The position numbers and the translations under genes were made by a program. A stretch of 64,000 bases of DNA, from contig CAVPSJ010000011.1 of assembly GCA_963708295.1 (NCBI GenBank), forward strand, positions 257,121 through 321,120. The letters run 5' to 3'. Positions 52,205-62,727 of this stretch are shown piece after piece; position 1 is the first letter of the stretch; every line of letters begins with the position of its first letter. Source of the DNA: an uncultured delta proteobacterium (GTDB taxonomy: Bacteria; Desulfobacterota; BSN033; UBA1163). A model generated the notes under the pieces. It had not been told where the DNA came from. It saw only the letters and a program-made list of their open reading frames with translations, and did no database searches.

Positions 52205-52249
52205 GAAGGGGTGCAGTTGTGATGATTATTTAGGCTGCATCCCTTTTTT
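52205..52249 (+). terminator. Intrinsic terminator
   Basis: AAGGGGTGCAGT...GCTGCATCCCTT followed by a T-run. Confidence 0.65.
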
Positions 52250-52949
52250 GTTCCCACAGAATGAGATTCATAAACTTTCCATGTTTCATTCCGTAATCGT
52301 CAACCTTAGTGGTGTTCAATGGCTAATGACTTGGTGGAAGTGTCAAATTAACTTTTTGATCGGCGGAGACTTGACAAATTGAGGATAACTTCCCTCTACG
52401 GGGACCTACAATGTTAAAGGCCCCAAAGCCGGTGTAGGAAATCCGGCCATGTTGGTCTGCGCTACCTATCGGACCTCTTCATCACCATGATTCTAATTCG
52501 GCTGAAAATTGTACCATCACCGCTCCCAATCTCTCATATCAAGGCTTTCCTGTTAATCGACTGAATTCTACTCTTCTGAAGTAATTTCGTCAAACTTAGA
52601 TTTCTTAATTAGATTTCTTAAACGTCTTCCCCCTTGCCGGTTTTCACTTTTCAGATGGATCTAGAGCCGATACCCTCGTGGAGTTCACTCTTCTCCTTTC
52701 TTCACATTCTATTGAATGGGACATTTGACTTTTTGGTTCAGAATTTGTAAATTGATACTTCGGCAGCGCCAAACCCCTTCGTTTAGGATAGGTTAAGGGT
52801 GTTGCTCAGCATCAACCCCTGCCTACCGGCAGGCAGGCTGAGCCAACTCCAGGCATTAGACTGGCGATAGCCAAAGGGTCGATTCGAACCCTCCGCGGTT
52901 CACTAGAGTCCGCTCGAGAAAAATACTTTTCTTCCCAAAGGAGAAGGAA

Positions 52950-54110
52950 ATGGATTACAAATATCGATGGAAAATTATTGCGATCCTAGGTCAGGGGGAC
53001 CAAGGCAGGGTTTACCGAGTGATCGACACGAAAGAATACGACATCGATGGACAAATTCGCCCCGATATTGAAAACTCGCTTCAGGGTTTAATCTCATCTG
53101 ACAAAAGTGAAACTCGGAAAAAATTCTTTGAGTTATATCGCTGGGCAATGGTTGAGCTGATACAAATGGAAGACCCTGAGAATCAGGGTGCCCTAAAAGT
53201 CTTGCACAAGCCTAAGGAGACCAAAGAGGGGAAGGGGATGGAGCGAGTCCAGGACCGGATCAAGCGTGAGATTAAGGCAATGGCCGCCATTTCCCATCCG
53301 AGTCTTTTAGAGATTCTGGATACGGACCGCGACTCAAGGTGGTTTGTGTCCAAATTCTACTCGAAGGGATCACTCGATAAGCACCTGAATACGTATGTCG
53401 GAGATTTTGAAAATGCCCTCAAGGCCTTTCGGCCACTCGTGGATGCGGTTTCTGAATTACACAAGAGGGGCTTTGTGCATCGGGACATCAAGCCACAAAA
53501 TGTCTTTGTGGATCGTAACGATCACCTGGTCCTTGGAGATTTCGGTTTGCTATTCTTTACGGATGATAGTTACACGAAAATCTCTAAAACGTGGGAGAGT
53601 GTAGGAAGGGGGGACTGGATGCCTGGCTGGGCTCTGTCTCTCCGGATAGATGAGATTAAGCCTACCTTCGATGTCTTTTGCCTGGGGAAGCTGTTGTGGT
53701 CCATGGTTTCAGGCTTACCCGACCTACCTCTTTGGCATTACGATCAGCCCGAATTCAACCTGGAAACCAAATTCCCGCATCGGCACTCCATCCGATTGGC
53801 AAATTATCTTCTCAGTAAATGTGTCGTCGAATCTGAAAAGGATTGCCTTCCGGATGCAACGGCGCTCCTCAAAGTGATCGATGAAGTCTTGTCATTAATC
53901 GATAGCCATGGCGAGGTCGTCGACTCAACGTTGAAGCGGCGATGCAAAGTTTGCGGACAGGGCAATTATGAAGAATCCGATGGCGCATCTTATTTCACGA
54001 AGCCGGTTGGAAAGCGGATGCTGAAGATGTGGATTTGTGATCGTTGCGGTAACGTCCAATGGTTTGCCGTCGATCTCTGGCAAAAATGGATTGTTTCGGA
54101 CGAGAAATGA
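52950..54110 (+). CDS. Hanks-type Ser/Thr protein kinase with C-terminal zinc ribbon
   Basis: LGQGDQGRVY, ALKVL, HRDIKPQN, GDFG and DVFCLG; CKVC..CDRC tail. Confidence 0.85.
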   Translation: MDYKYRWKIIAILGQGDQGRVYRVIDTKEYDIDGQIRPDIENSLQGLISSDKSETRKKFFELYRWAMVELIQMEDPENQGALKVLHKPKETKEGKGMERVQDRIKREIKAMAAISHPSLLEILDTDRDSRWFVSKFYSKGSLDKHLNTYVGDFENALKAFRPLVDAVSELHKRGFVHRDIKPQNVFVDRNDHLVLGDFGLLFFTDDSYTKISKTWESVGRGDWMPGWALSLRIDEIKPTFDVFCLGKLLWSMVSGLPDLPLWHYDQPEFNLETKFPHRHSIRLANYLLSKCVVESEKDCLPDATALLKVIDEVLSLIDSHGEVVDSTLKRRCKVCGQGNYEESDGASYFTKPVGKRMLKMWICDRCGNVQWFAVDLWQKWIVSDEK

Positions 54111-54259
54111 AAGGAGGCAATGGCTCGTCCACCTGAGAGCTTTCGATGTCAGGGAGTGGTTTCTTTTACTCTTCGTTCAGCCTTTAGCCGATGGGTGGGT
54201 ATAAGAAGGGCTTATTGACACTGTCCGTCAACACGATAACCTGGTCGGGACAATCTAGA

Positions 54260-54541
54260 TTAACCTCGGTGTTTTACTTTTCTCGTCCTTGACTTAGGCT
54301 TCTTCGCCTTGATTGCCGTTACCTTTTTCAATTCCGCCACACCGGCGATCACTTTCTGCCATTCCGATTTGATCTGTTCTCTTTCTTTCTCAATCTTTAA
54401 GATCCGACGATACAGAGAAAGCACCCTTAGGGCAATCTTGGCCTTCTCGTCATCGGACTGCTTCCCGTCGCAATAAGCCCTCAGATAATTCTCCGCGGTG
54501 TCCAGCAATGGCTTAAAAAGCTCTGAGTCTTTCTTCCTCAT
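54260..54541 (-). CDS. Hypothetical basic protein
   Basis: 93-aa ORF with AAAGGA RBS. Confidence 0.5.
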   Translation of the reverse strand: MRKKDSELFKPLLDTAENYLRAYCDGKQSDDEKAKIALRVLSLYRRILKIEKEREQIKSEWQKVIAGVAELKKVTAIKAKKPKSRTRKVKHRG

Positions 54542-54587
54542 CTTTTGTATCCTTTCTGTTCCATGGACCTACCGTTCCATGAGGCAA

Positions 54588-55004
54588 TCACTTCGGCTCC
54601 GTAGGGTATTTTGCTTTATGCCATTCGTCCCAGCCGCCCTTTAATGCAAATACTTTCGAATACCCTAAAGAGATGAATTGCCGTGCCATCCAGGCACTGG
54701 TTTCTTCATTCGGTCAGCTACAGTAAAAGACCAGCGTTTTGTCTTTTGGATATTTCGACGCCCAGGTTTTATAATCCTTCTCCGGGTCCTCACGAACCGC
54801 GCCTTGAATCTTTAAATCGGCTCTCTTCCACTCTGCCGCGATACGAACATCCACCACAATCAGATCTGGATTGCCCAAAAGTGACTTCAGCTCTTCTTTT
54901 GTCATTCTTGGCACTTTGGCATCCAGCGCCAGATTTTGGAGACAACCTGTTGAAACAAACGCGAATAGAAAAAAGAGGGTTGTCCAGTACTTTCTCATAG
55001 CCAT
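54588..55004 (-). CDS. Rhodanese-like selenoprotein (lipoprotein), UGA at 54714-54716 read as Sec
   Basis: TLVFYCS-UGA-PNEETSAWMARQFISLGYSKVFALKGGWDEW completes the rhodanese fold; SECIS-like hairpin follows the UGA; selB is in the window. Confidence 0.88.
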
Positions 55005-55116
55005 TTTTCTCCCCTGCCTCTCCCCATTACGAATAACGCCTCGCTGCTGTACAGCGGGCCCAGCTTCTATACGATTCCCCGCGGGGAATAGCTCCCGCCG
55101 GAATTCTTAACGAGGT

Positions 55117-56445
55117 TTACTTTTTCGGATATTTTGGATGGGTAACCCCCTCGGTTGGTTTTCCGAAGGACATCGTGTCCACGCCGGATAGGGGATGATT
55201 TTTCTGGTACATGGGTTTGAGTCTCTTTGCCCTCACCCCTTCCGGGTAGAACCGTCCAATCGCTTCCTGGCTCCGATCGAGAGAAACCTTTTCAATGACA
55301 TACCGGGAACTCCCTAAGCTGTTCTCCGCTCCTCCGTAAACTTGCTGCTCGATGTCCTTTCCTTTGATGAGGTTCAGTTTTTTTGAACCCGGAGCGAGAG
55401 CATTGAATTCCTCCGCCTCTGAGTTAATCAGCCCCGGAGCCTCGTTCATCAGATCGATGCAGGCCTTGTCTACCGCCACGGGGTCCAGCGAGGCAAGAAC
55501 GCCGATGCCGTTCACAAAAGGCGTATCGGTCCACCCATAGCAGTCACAGGCAGGGGTCACATCCATTGCGTAGTTGACGAAGAATGCCCTGCCCGGCGCC
55601 TTGGTCATCATCGTGGCCAAGGCGGAGTCAGCGATGCGCCTTCCGAGGGCCGGCAAATAATCGAAGCGCTGAATCGCATTGATCCCTGCCATATTCACAC
55701 AGAGGTTCGCACAGGCGAAGCAATAGACGCACGAATCCAGGTTAACCTCTACCCCTCTCTCCGTCACCTGGATCGAGCCTTCCGGACAACAATCCTCACA
55801 GACCTGCCACCACTCGCACTTTCGACCGGGGCAGCGATCGGCCTGAATCACCGGTTTGTCCCCGGCCAAAGCCCCATGAAGGTTCATCTTGCCCCGTTTG
55901 CTGGCACAGCCCACTCCAATATTCTTGATCGCTCCTCCGTAGCCTCCGGCAGGATGCCCCTTAAAATGAGCGATGGATAACAGAGCATCTGCGTCCGCAA
56001 TGGCTCGAGCCACAAACTGCTTCCTTAGATAGTTTCCCCGGCCCTCGAGATCAACGATCATGTCATCTGTTCCCAACCAGCCGTCTGCGATAATCACAGG
56101 ACATCCCATCGAAGCTTGGTTAAACCCATTGCGGTTGGCAGTCTCCAAATGGTCTATTGCCAATGTTCTACTGATCCACGGGTGGTAAGGCATGGTCGTG
56201 GTGTCCGTGACGAAGGGTTTGCCCCCTCGTTCCTTGACGGCATCCACAAATGTCCGCACAATGATTGGCCTGAGGTAACCGACATTGTAGGATTCCCCCA
56301 TATGAGTTTTGACAGCCACAATGTCGCCTGGTTTGAGCTGGTCGAGCCATCCGGAATGCTCGAGAATTTGGCGACCCTTGATGGCAGTGGATTCCAGGAA
56401 ACGTCTGGATCGGGCATCCATAAACCAAACCGTTGTCTCGCTCAT
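55117..56445 (-). CDS. DUF362 family Fe-S protein with inserted ferredoxin domain
   Basis: VAVKTHMGE, HFKGH...GGAIKNIGVGC, CVYCFACANLC, PACDC and LDPVAVD. Confidence 0.85.
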   Translation of the reverse strand: MSETTVWFMDARSRRFLESTAIKGRQILEHSGWLDQLKPGDIVAVKTHMGESYNVGYLRPIIVRTFVDAVKERGGKPFVTDTTTMPYHPWISRTLAIDHLETANRNGFNQASMGCPVIIADGWLGTDDMIVDLEGRGNYLRKQFVARAIADADALLSIAHFKGHPAGGYGGAIKNIGVGCASKRGKMNLHGALAGDKPVIQADRCPGRKCEWWQVCEDCCPEGSIQVTERGVEVNLDSCVYCFACANLCVNMAGINAIQRFDYLPALGRRIADSALATMMTKAPGRAFFVNYAMDVTPACDCYGWTDTPFVNGIGVLASLDPVAVDKACIDLMNEAPGLINSEAEEFNALAPGSKKLNLIKGKDIEQQVYGGAENSLGSSRYVIEKVSLDRSQEAIGRFYPEGVRAKRLKPMYQKNHPLSGVDTMSFGKPTEGVTHPKYPKK

Positions 56446-56487
56446 GATTACTCCTCGCCTTTTTCCCGCGGCGTATCGTTTTTCACC

Positions 56488-58515
56488 TTATCCATTCATA
56501 TTTTTTAGGACAAACTCGAGGATATCCATCACAACGATAGGGATCTTTTTTCTTCGGGCATTGCTCTGAATCGAGCGGATGCATTGCTGGCAGGCGGTAA
56601 TCACCATATCCGCCCCTGTCGCCTTAATCTCCTCTATCTTTGCCAGCGCCATGGCTGCAGAGAGGTCCGGACGCACCATCTCGAGATTGCCCCCTCCCCC
56701 ACAACACTTGCATCGATCTCTATTCCCTTCCATTTCCACCAGTTCTACGCCCGGGATGGCTCGCAGGATTTCCCGAGGTGCTTCATAAACCCCGCTGGCC
56801 CTCCCCAGATCGCAGGGATCATGATACGTCACCCTGGTTATCTTCTCTTTGAAGCTGATCTTGCCTTCGTCGATCAATTTCTTAATAAACTGAGTCGAAT
56901 GAAAGAGTTGAAGACCATTCCTCGCCGGGTGTGCCTCGGTCCACGTATGATAGCAAGAGGGGCAAGCAAAAACAACGCTTTCTGCTCCTTTTTCTCTCAC
57001 CTTTTCCAAATTGTGTTCCATATAGGTCTCGGCCTTCTTCTTCATCCCTGCCGCGATCAGCGGAAAACCGCAGCACCATTCCTCCCCTCCCAGAAGTGTA
57101 AAATCGACCCCGGCCTTATCCAGAATTTGGACAAAGGACTGCGGGATCCTCTTCGTCATCGGAAAATAGGAGGCAACGCAGCCCGTGAAGTAGACCACCT
57201 TGGCCCTTCCCCTCTGAAACATATCCTTGGGGGGCTCGGCCAGGGCCTGCACCCACGCCGCCCGATCCTCGCCCGGCTCACCAATAATGTTGTGGACTCT
57301 GTCCAGGGTCTCCGCCAACTGGTCCATGGGCTGAGGATAATGCCCTTTTTCCACCATAAAGCCCCTCAGGGCAATTCTCACTTGCTTTGTGTCGATAAAT
57401 GCCGGACATTCCAACGCACACCTTCCACATAAGGTGCAGAGATAGGGGTGATCGGAGTACTTCTTGAGTGCTTCCTCGGAATTCTTGGCCCCAAAGAAAA
57501 TTCCCGGCAGACCGTACGTCTTTTTTATGACAGATTTCAGGCTGGTGTAAACCCCTCCCATGGTCGCCTCCAGCTGCTGATTCTGCGTGTAAACCGGACA
57601 AACCTCCACGCAGCTGCCGCACTTCACACAGGCGTCGAGAGAAACGAGATCCTTAACGGAAAGAGGGAGAGGTGCTTTTCGCGTCCCGGGTTGAAACGCC
57701 TTGGATGGCATCAAATCGATGAACATGACGACAGGGATCGTAATGATGTGCCAGAGTTTCTTATTATAAGGGATAAAGGCAACGAGCGTGGCCAAGAACA
57801 ACCCAGCGACGGACCAAAGAGGATAGTTGATGGAGGACCAGGGAAGCCCCAGAGGAGCGATGATTTTACTCAGCCCGAAGGACACAAACCAATATTGGGC
57901 TACGGAGTTTGGGAGAGAATACGTGAGGATGCTGATCGCTTCACAGAAAAACCGAAGGATAAACCACCCTCCTAACAGGTTGACCGCAACCATGTCTCCG
58001 AGCGATGTTTTGAAAGGCGTTGCCTTGGCGATAAATCTTCGATAGACGGCAATCAGCTCTCCAGCCAGGATCATCGCCCCAAAGAGGTCAAATAAGATCG
58101 CGAAAAGAGCGTCTGAAAGGTTGAGCGACAAACCGGTCAGATCTCGGAAAAAATAGAAGTCGCAAAAAGGCGCATAGAAAACCCTCAGCAAGATGGAATA
58201 CCCTTCAAATTGCGGCATGACATCCGCTTTCAAATGGCCTGCGATGAGAATCCCGGGGTAGCCGATCATGATCAGCACTTTCATCAGCCACCTTAACTTA
58301 TCCTGGCCGAAGATCTTTCTTTGGAGGATACCATCCATCAACATGATCTCGACCAGCTTCAGAATCTTGGCACTGAAAAGGACTGAAAATACTCCCTTCA
58401 CAAGGGCCTTCCAGTCCCATTGTCCCTGCCAGTAAAGGAATAGTCGCGAGAGAATTCCAGCGACAAAGACGATCGCTCCCAGCATAAAAAAGATGACAAA
58501 GAGTGGATGACCCAT
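56488..58515 (-). CDS. Membrane-bound heterodisulfide-reductase-like (NarI-like TM + 2x4Fe-4S + CCG) oxidoreductase
   Basis: Multiple TM helices; CVKCGSCVEVCP, CTLCGRCALECP, WCCG, YHDPCDLGR and CCGGGG. Confidence 0.85.
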   Translation of the reverse strand: MGHPLFVIFFMLGAIVFVAGILSRLFLYWQGQWDWKALVKGVFSVLFSAKILKLVEIMLMDGILQRKIFGQDKLRWLMKVLIMIGYPGILIAGHLKADVMPQFEGYSILLRVFYAPFCDFYFFRDLTGLSLNLSDALFAILFDLFGAMILAGELIAVYRRFIAKATPFKTSLGDMVAVNLLGGWFILRFFCEAISILTYSLPNSVAQYWFVSFGLSKIIAPLGLPWSSINYPLWSVAGLFLATLVAFIPYNKKLWHIITIPVVMFIDLMPSKAFQPGTRKAPLPLSVKDLVSLDACVKCGSCVEVCPVYTQNQQLEATMGGVYTSLKSVIKKTYGLPGIFFGAKNSEEALKKYSDHPYLCTLCGRCALECPAFIDTKQVRIALRGFMVEKGHYPQPMDQLAETLDRVHNIIGEPGEDRAAWVQALAEPPKDMFQRGRAKVVYFTGCVASYFPMTKRIPQSFVQILDKAGVDFTLLGGEEWCCGFPLIAAGMKKKAETYMEHNLEKVREKGAESVVFACPSCYHTWTEAHPARNGLQLFHSTQFIKKLIDEGKISFKEKITRVTYHDPCDLGRASGVYEAPREILRAIPGVELVEMEGNRDRCKCCGGGGNLEMVRPDLSAAMALAKIEEIKATGADMVITACQQCIRSIQSNARRKKIPIVVMDILEFVLKNMNG

Positions 58516-58751
58516 CGTTTATCCCTTCCCCTCCGTTCGACACCTATCCCTGCGGTCGCATTTAAGAACAGAAAATAAGCTTTGTTTAAAATGAAACCGA
58601 GGGTATCTCAACGGAATCTTAACACTTCTTCCAGGCGCTATCAATGCGGATCACATCCTACTCACACCCTTGCATTCCATCTCCCTGGGCCTTCCCCCTC
58701 TTGTAGGATACTTTATTCCGTGTTATTTTTCTGATCATTCAGCAGAAAGAT

Positions 58752-59861
58752 ATGAATCTAGCCATTCTGAAAGCCATTTTCGCCTCCATGGAACAGGGGG
58801 TTGTCTTTATTGATGACCGTAATCGGATCGCATACTGCAATCCGGCGGCAGAGAAGATTCGAAAGATTAAGATGAAGCGAGTTCTGGGCCGATCTATTTT
58901 GGATCTCCATCCGAAGAAAGCCCACCCGAAGGTCCTGCACATCATTGAAGCCTTAAGGTCACGGCAAGCGGAAGGACACCACCGGATGAACATTCAGATG
59001 GTAAAGGGAAAGTTCTATGACAACACCTATACGGCCGTCTGGGGGCCAAAAAACAAATATTGGGGCACCCTCGTCGTCAGCAAGGAAATCACTCAACGGA
59101 AAAAAACAGAGGACCAGCTGACGGAGGCGCTGAAAGAATTGGAAACCGCGAATGAAGAATTGACGAGGCTCAACCAGATGAAGGATGACTTTCTCTCCAC
59201 CGTCAGCCATGAGCTAAAGACCCCTATGATATCGGTCATGGGTTACCTCGGATTGATTCTCAAGGAGAAGGTGGGTTCTTTGACGGAACAGCAAAGAAAG
59301 TTCCTAGAAATATCCTACAAGAACCTTTTGAAACTTGAAAAAAATATCAACAACCTTCTGGATTTGGCCGAAATCGGAGTCCAGAAAGAATCCTGGATGT
59401 TCGAACCGATTGACCTCGTTAAAGTCATCGAATTCTCATGCACAACCGTTGAGCCCCTGGCCAAGGAACATGAAATTCGCCTGGAGACCCAGCTCCCTCC
59501 GGGACCGGTAACGATCTCCGGAGTTGAAGATAAACTCAACCAGCTATTCGACAACCTTTTCACCAATGCCATCAAATACAACCGCCGAGGGGGCAGGATC
59601 GGTGTGGGCTTTGAAGAGGATCCTGAATCTGTCCTCATCCGCATTGCCGATACAGGGGTTGGAATCTCCCACCAATCTTTGCAGGAAGTTTTCACACGCC
59701 ATTTCCAAGAAAAAACAAAACCCCTTGGAAATGCAAGGGGGTTAGGAATTGGTCTCTCCCTCGTTCAAGAAATAGTGAACCTCCATCAGGGAAAGATCCA
59801 AATCGAAAGCGAATTAGGCAAGGGAACGACGTTTACGGTGATATTACCCAAGAATCACTGA
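58752..59861 (+). CDS. Cytoplasmic PAS sensor histidine kinase
   Basis: PAS CNPAAEKI; H-box SHELKTP; N-box NLFTNAIKY; DTGVGI and GLGIGL. Confidence 0.92.
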   Translation: MNLAILKAIFASMEQGVVFIDDRNRIAYCNPAAEKIRKIKMKRVLGRSILDLHPKKAHPKVLHIIEALRSRQAEGHHRMNIQMVKGKFYDNTYTAVWGPKNKYWGTLVVSKEITQRKKTEDQLTEALKELETANEELTRLNQMKDDFLSTVSHELKTPMISVMGYLGLILKEKVGSLTEQQRKFLEISYKNLLKLEKNINNLLDLAEIGVQKESWMFEPIDLVKVIEFSCTTVEPLAKEHEIRLETQLPPGPVTISGVEDKLNQLFDNLFTNAIKYNRRGGRIGVGFEEDPESVLIRIADTGVGISHQSLQEVFTRHFQEKTKPLGNARGLGIGLSLVQEIVNLHQGKIQIESELGKGTTFTVILPKNH

Positions 59862-59906
59862 TTTAGAATTATAATTCCGAATGTCAAAGCTCAAATGTCA
59901 AACGAA

Positions 59907-60046
59907 GTAAAGAACCCCGCCCACAGGGCGGGGCTTTTGAGCCTAAATTCAAAAACCCAAAATCGAGATCCCGAAAGCATCTGATCCATTTTTTCTGCTT
60001 TCAGTAGGCGCAACTTTCATCAGGGGTTTTCAGATGCAGTCTTAAA
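59907..60046 (+). mobile_element. IS200/IS605-type miniature element, copy 2 (internally deleted)
   Basis: Identical left hairpin GTAAAGAACCCCGCCCACAGGGCGGGGCTT; colinear with copy 1. Confidence 0.6.
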
Positions 60047-60115
60047 CAAGAGCATGAGACTTCGTTTTTAAAATTCCACACCATGTTTTATTTGAACTTT
60101 GAACTTTGATCATTT

Positions 60116-60991
60116 CTATTTCTTAGTCCCTCCTCCCAGGAATCCTTCAGATTTCCCTAAATCGACGATAGGAATCCCTCCTCCGGAAACCTGCGGTAAA
60201 ATTCCATTCCACTTCTCGATACTCTTATACTGAACCAGGATCGAACTGATCGAGCGGGAAAGAGCATCGTTGGCTTTGGCCTGCCCTTGAGCGACCACCA
60301 GGATCGATTCGGCCTCTCCTTTGGCGGTGGCGACTTTTTGCTGAGCCTCAATCTCTCGTGAAGCTAAAATCTGCCTCTGGGTCTCAACCTGCTGCTGGGC
60401 CACCTGTTTGGCTTCGATCGCCTTCTCATAGTCCGGCGTGAACCGGATGTTGGCGAAGTAGATATCATCGACGATAACATGGTATCGGGCCAGATTATCT
60501 CCGAGTTTGAGCATCGCCCTTTTCCGAATTTCCTCTCTTTTCGGAAGGATTTCAGTGATGGAATAGTTCGGAACCACCTCTTTGACAAAGTCGTTAAAGG
60601 CCGGATCGATGACCTTGTCGGCAAAATCGAGTCCCACCTTTTGATAGAGGTCATTGACATAGGAGGGGTCGATATGGAAGTTCATCATCCCAGTCAGTTT
60701 AACCATCTGGTATTCTTTTGAAGCGGCATCAATCTCCTTGAAGGGATGGGGCCGAACCTTGACATCGATCTTAACCACCCTCTCTGCAATCGGGACTTTG
60801 AAATTGAGCCCTTCCCCCATGACCCTCTTCTCCACGCTTCCCCACCAGAGAACAATCCCCCGATTTCCCGCAGGGACAATAACAAACGTCCCCCAGGCAA
60901 GGATGAAGAGGATCACAAGGATCACAACGGTACCAATGGTTCGCGGCTTCGGCCCCCTGAATTCAAAAGATTCTGACGTTCTTTCTGGCAT
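60116..60991 (-). CDS. Prohibitin/SPFH family protein
   Basis: TM, then VPAGNRGIV, EGLNFKVP, YEKAIEAKQVAQQ and IEKWNG.LP. Confidence 0.9.
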   Translation of the reverse strand: MPERTSESFEFRGPKPRTIGTVVILVILFILAWGTFVIVPAGNRGIVLWWGSVEKRVMGEGLNFKVPIAERVVKIDVKVRPHPFKEIDAASKEYQMVKLTGMMNFHIDPSYVNDLYQKVGLDFADKVIDPAFNDFVKEVVPNYSITEILPKREEIRKRAMLKLGDNLARYHVIVDDIYFANIRFTPDYEKAIEAKQVAQQQVETQRQILASREIEAQQKVATAKGEAESILVVAQGQAKANDALSRSISSILVQYKSIEKWNGILPQVSGGGIPIVDLGKSEGFLGGGTKK

Positions 60992-61038
60992 GGTTTCCTC
61001 CCCTGAATGGTTTAACTTTACATTTCCGAGCTTTCCGT

Positions 61039-62487
61039 TTATTTCCCCCAAACCCGATAAGACGGGAATCCATATCCACGTTCCAATCTAGCCACCCCCG
61101 TTTGGAAGGCTGCTTCCTTCACGCTATTCGACACCTGTTCCGGGACCCTGCGGTCCAAAACACTCGGGATGATGTAGTCCTCACTCAATTCCTCCTCTGT
61201 AATCATGCGGGCAATCGCATTGGCCGCAGCGAGAAGCATCGGGTCGTTGATCTCTCTTGCTCGGGAGTCCAAAACTCCCCTGAAAAGACCGGGAAAACAG
61301 AGAACGTTATTGATCTGATTGGGATAATCCGAGCGTCCCGTCGCAATAATCCTCGCTAACCGGCCCACTTCCTCGGGCATGATCTCAGGATCGGGATTTG
61401 CCATGGCGAAGATAATCGGGTTTTTCGCCATTTTCTTGATGTCGTTCACATGGATGACGCCGGGTTGGGAAAGACCGATAAAGAGATCTGCACCCTTCAG
61501 GGCCTTTGATATCGGTCCACGAATCCTCTCCGGGTTTGTATTTTCCGCGATGAGTGTCTTGACGGGATTCATGTTTTCCTCTCGACCTTTATAGAGAATA
61601 CCACTTCGGTCGCATCCAACAATTTGTTTCACCCCCGTAGAAACGAGAAGTCGTATGGAAGCAATTCCGGCTGCACCTAACCCACAGACGACCACCCGGA
61701 TATTTTCCAATCTCTTGTTGACGACCTTCAAGGCATTGATCAGTCCGGCCAAAATTACCACGGCTGTTCCATGTTGATCATCATGAAAGACAGGAATGTC
61801 CAGCTCATTTCTCAATCGTCTCTCGATCTCAAAACAACGCGGGGCAGAGATATCTTCCAAATTCACCCCGCCAAACCCAGGAGATATAGATTTAACCACC
61901 ATGACAATTTGTTTCGGATCTTTTGTCTTTAGACAAAGGGGAATGGCATCGACACCCCCGAATTCCTTGAACAGCATGGCTTTGCCTTCCATGACGGGCA
62001 TCGCTGCCTCGGGGCCGATATCTCCGAGTCCGAGAACCGCGGTTCCATCTGTCACCACCGCGATGGTATTCCTTTTCATCGTCAAGTCATAAGCCTTCGT
62101 TCGATCCTCATGGATGGCCATGCAGATTCTCGCCACCCCAGGAGTGTAAGCCATGGAAAGGTCTTCCCGTGAATTTAAAGGGATCTTACTCTTGATTTCA
62201 ATCTTCCCCCCCTGATGGACCATGAAGGTTCGATCAGTCACCTGGAGAACCTTGGTCCCTTTTATTCGCCTCAGTTCTTCCACTACTTTCTCCCCCATCG
62301 GGACATCCGCTACGCTCACGATGAGATCTCGGACGGTTATATTCTTCTTAAATCCGACAATGTCGATCGCGCCAATGTCTCCTCCCGCTTTCCCGATCAC
62401 AGAAGCAACTTTGCCGAGCATCCCTGGTTTTGACAAAATCTCAAGTCGAATAATAATGCTATAACTCGGACTGGGTCTCCTGATCAT
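61039..62487 (-). CDS. NAD(P)-dependent malic enzyme with N-terminal ACT domain
   Basis: DLSMAYTPGVA, VTDGTAVLGLGDIG, NLEDISAPRCF, FHDDQHGT and ATGRSDYPNQINN. Confidence 0.93.
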   Translation of the reverse strand: MIRRPSPSYSIIIRLEILSKPGMLGKVASVIGKAGGDIGAIDIVGFKKNITVRDLIVSVADVPMGEKVVEELRRIKGTKVLQVTDRTFMVHQGGKIEIKSKIPLNSREDLSMAYTPGVARICMAIHEDRTKAYDLTMKRNTIAVVTDGTAVLGLGDIGPEAAMPVMEGKAMLFKEFGGVDAIPLCLKTKDPKQIVMVVKSISPGFGGVNLEDISAPRCFEIERRLRNELDIPVFHDDQHGTAVVILAGLINALKVVNKRLENIRVVVCGLGAAGIASIRLLVSTGVKQIVGCDRSGILYKGREENMNPVKTLIAENTNPERIRGPISKALKGADLFIGLSQPGVIHVNDIKKMAKNPIIFAMANPDPEIMPEEVGRLARIIATGRSDYPNQINNVLCFPGLFRGVLDSRAREINDPMLLAAANAIARMITEEELSEDYIIPSVLDRRVPEQVSNSVKEAAFQTGVARLERGYGFPSYRVWGK

Positions 62488-62727
62488 GAAATAGGCCTCC
62501 TCTGCCACTCCTGGGTTAAGCTCTTATTCTAAAAATGTCTTGCCTGACACCTTCCCACTCTCCCTCATCTCCAATTCAAGGATCCTCAGATTGCTTTTTG
62601 GAGCGCGTTTGCCCGGGAAGGAGCCATTACTTGCCATAGCTTAACATGATAGTCGAGCGCTAGAATCTTGTAAAGGGATTTTTGGATTTACGGGCGGGTC
62701 TCAAAAGGCCGACGGGTGGGAACAGAA

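Larger units (their letters stand above)
47174..52666. mobile_element. Degenerate integrative island 2 inserted in the purF 3' end
   Basis: CTTTCCAGATGGATTTAGAG (47174-47193) versus CTTTTCAGATGGATCTAGAG (52647-52666), 18/20 identical, both encoding FQMDLE; integrase C-terminal remnant next to attL; backbone shared with island 1. Confidence 0.75.

Noticed and set aside
52875-52900. GATTCGAACCC as a tRNA T-arm
   Set aside because: No cloverleaf or acceptor stem can be built
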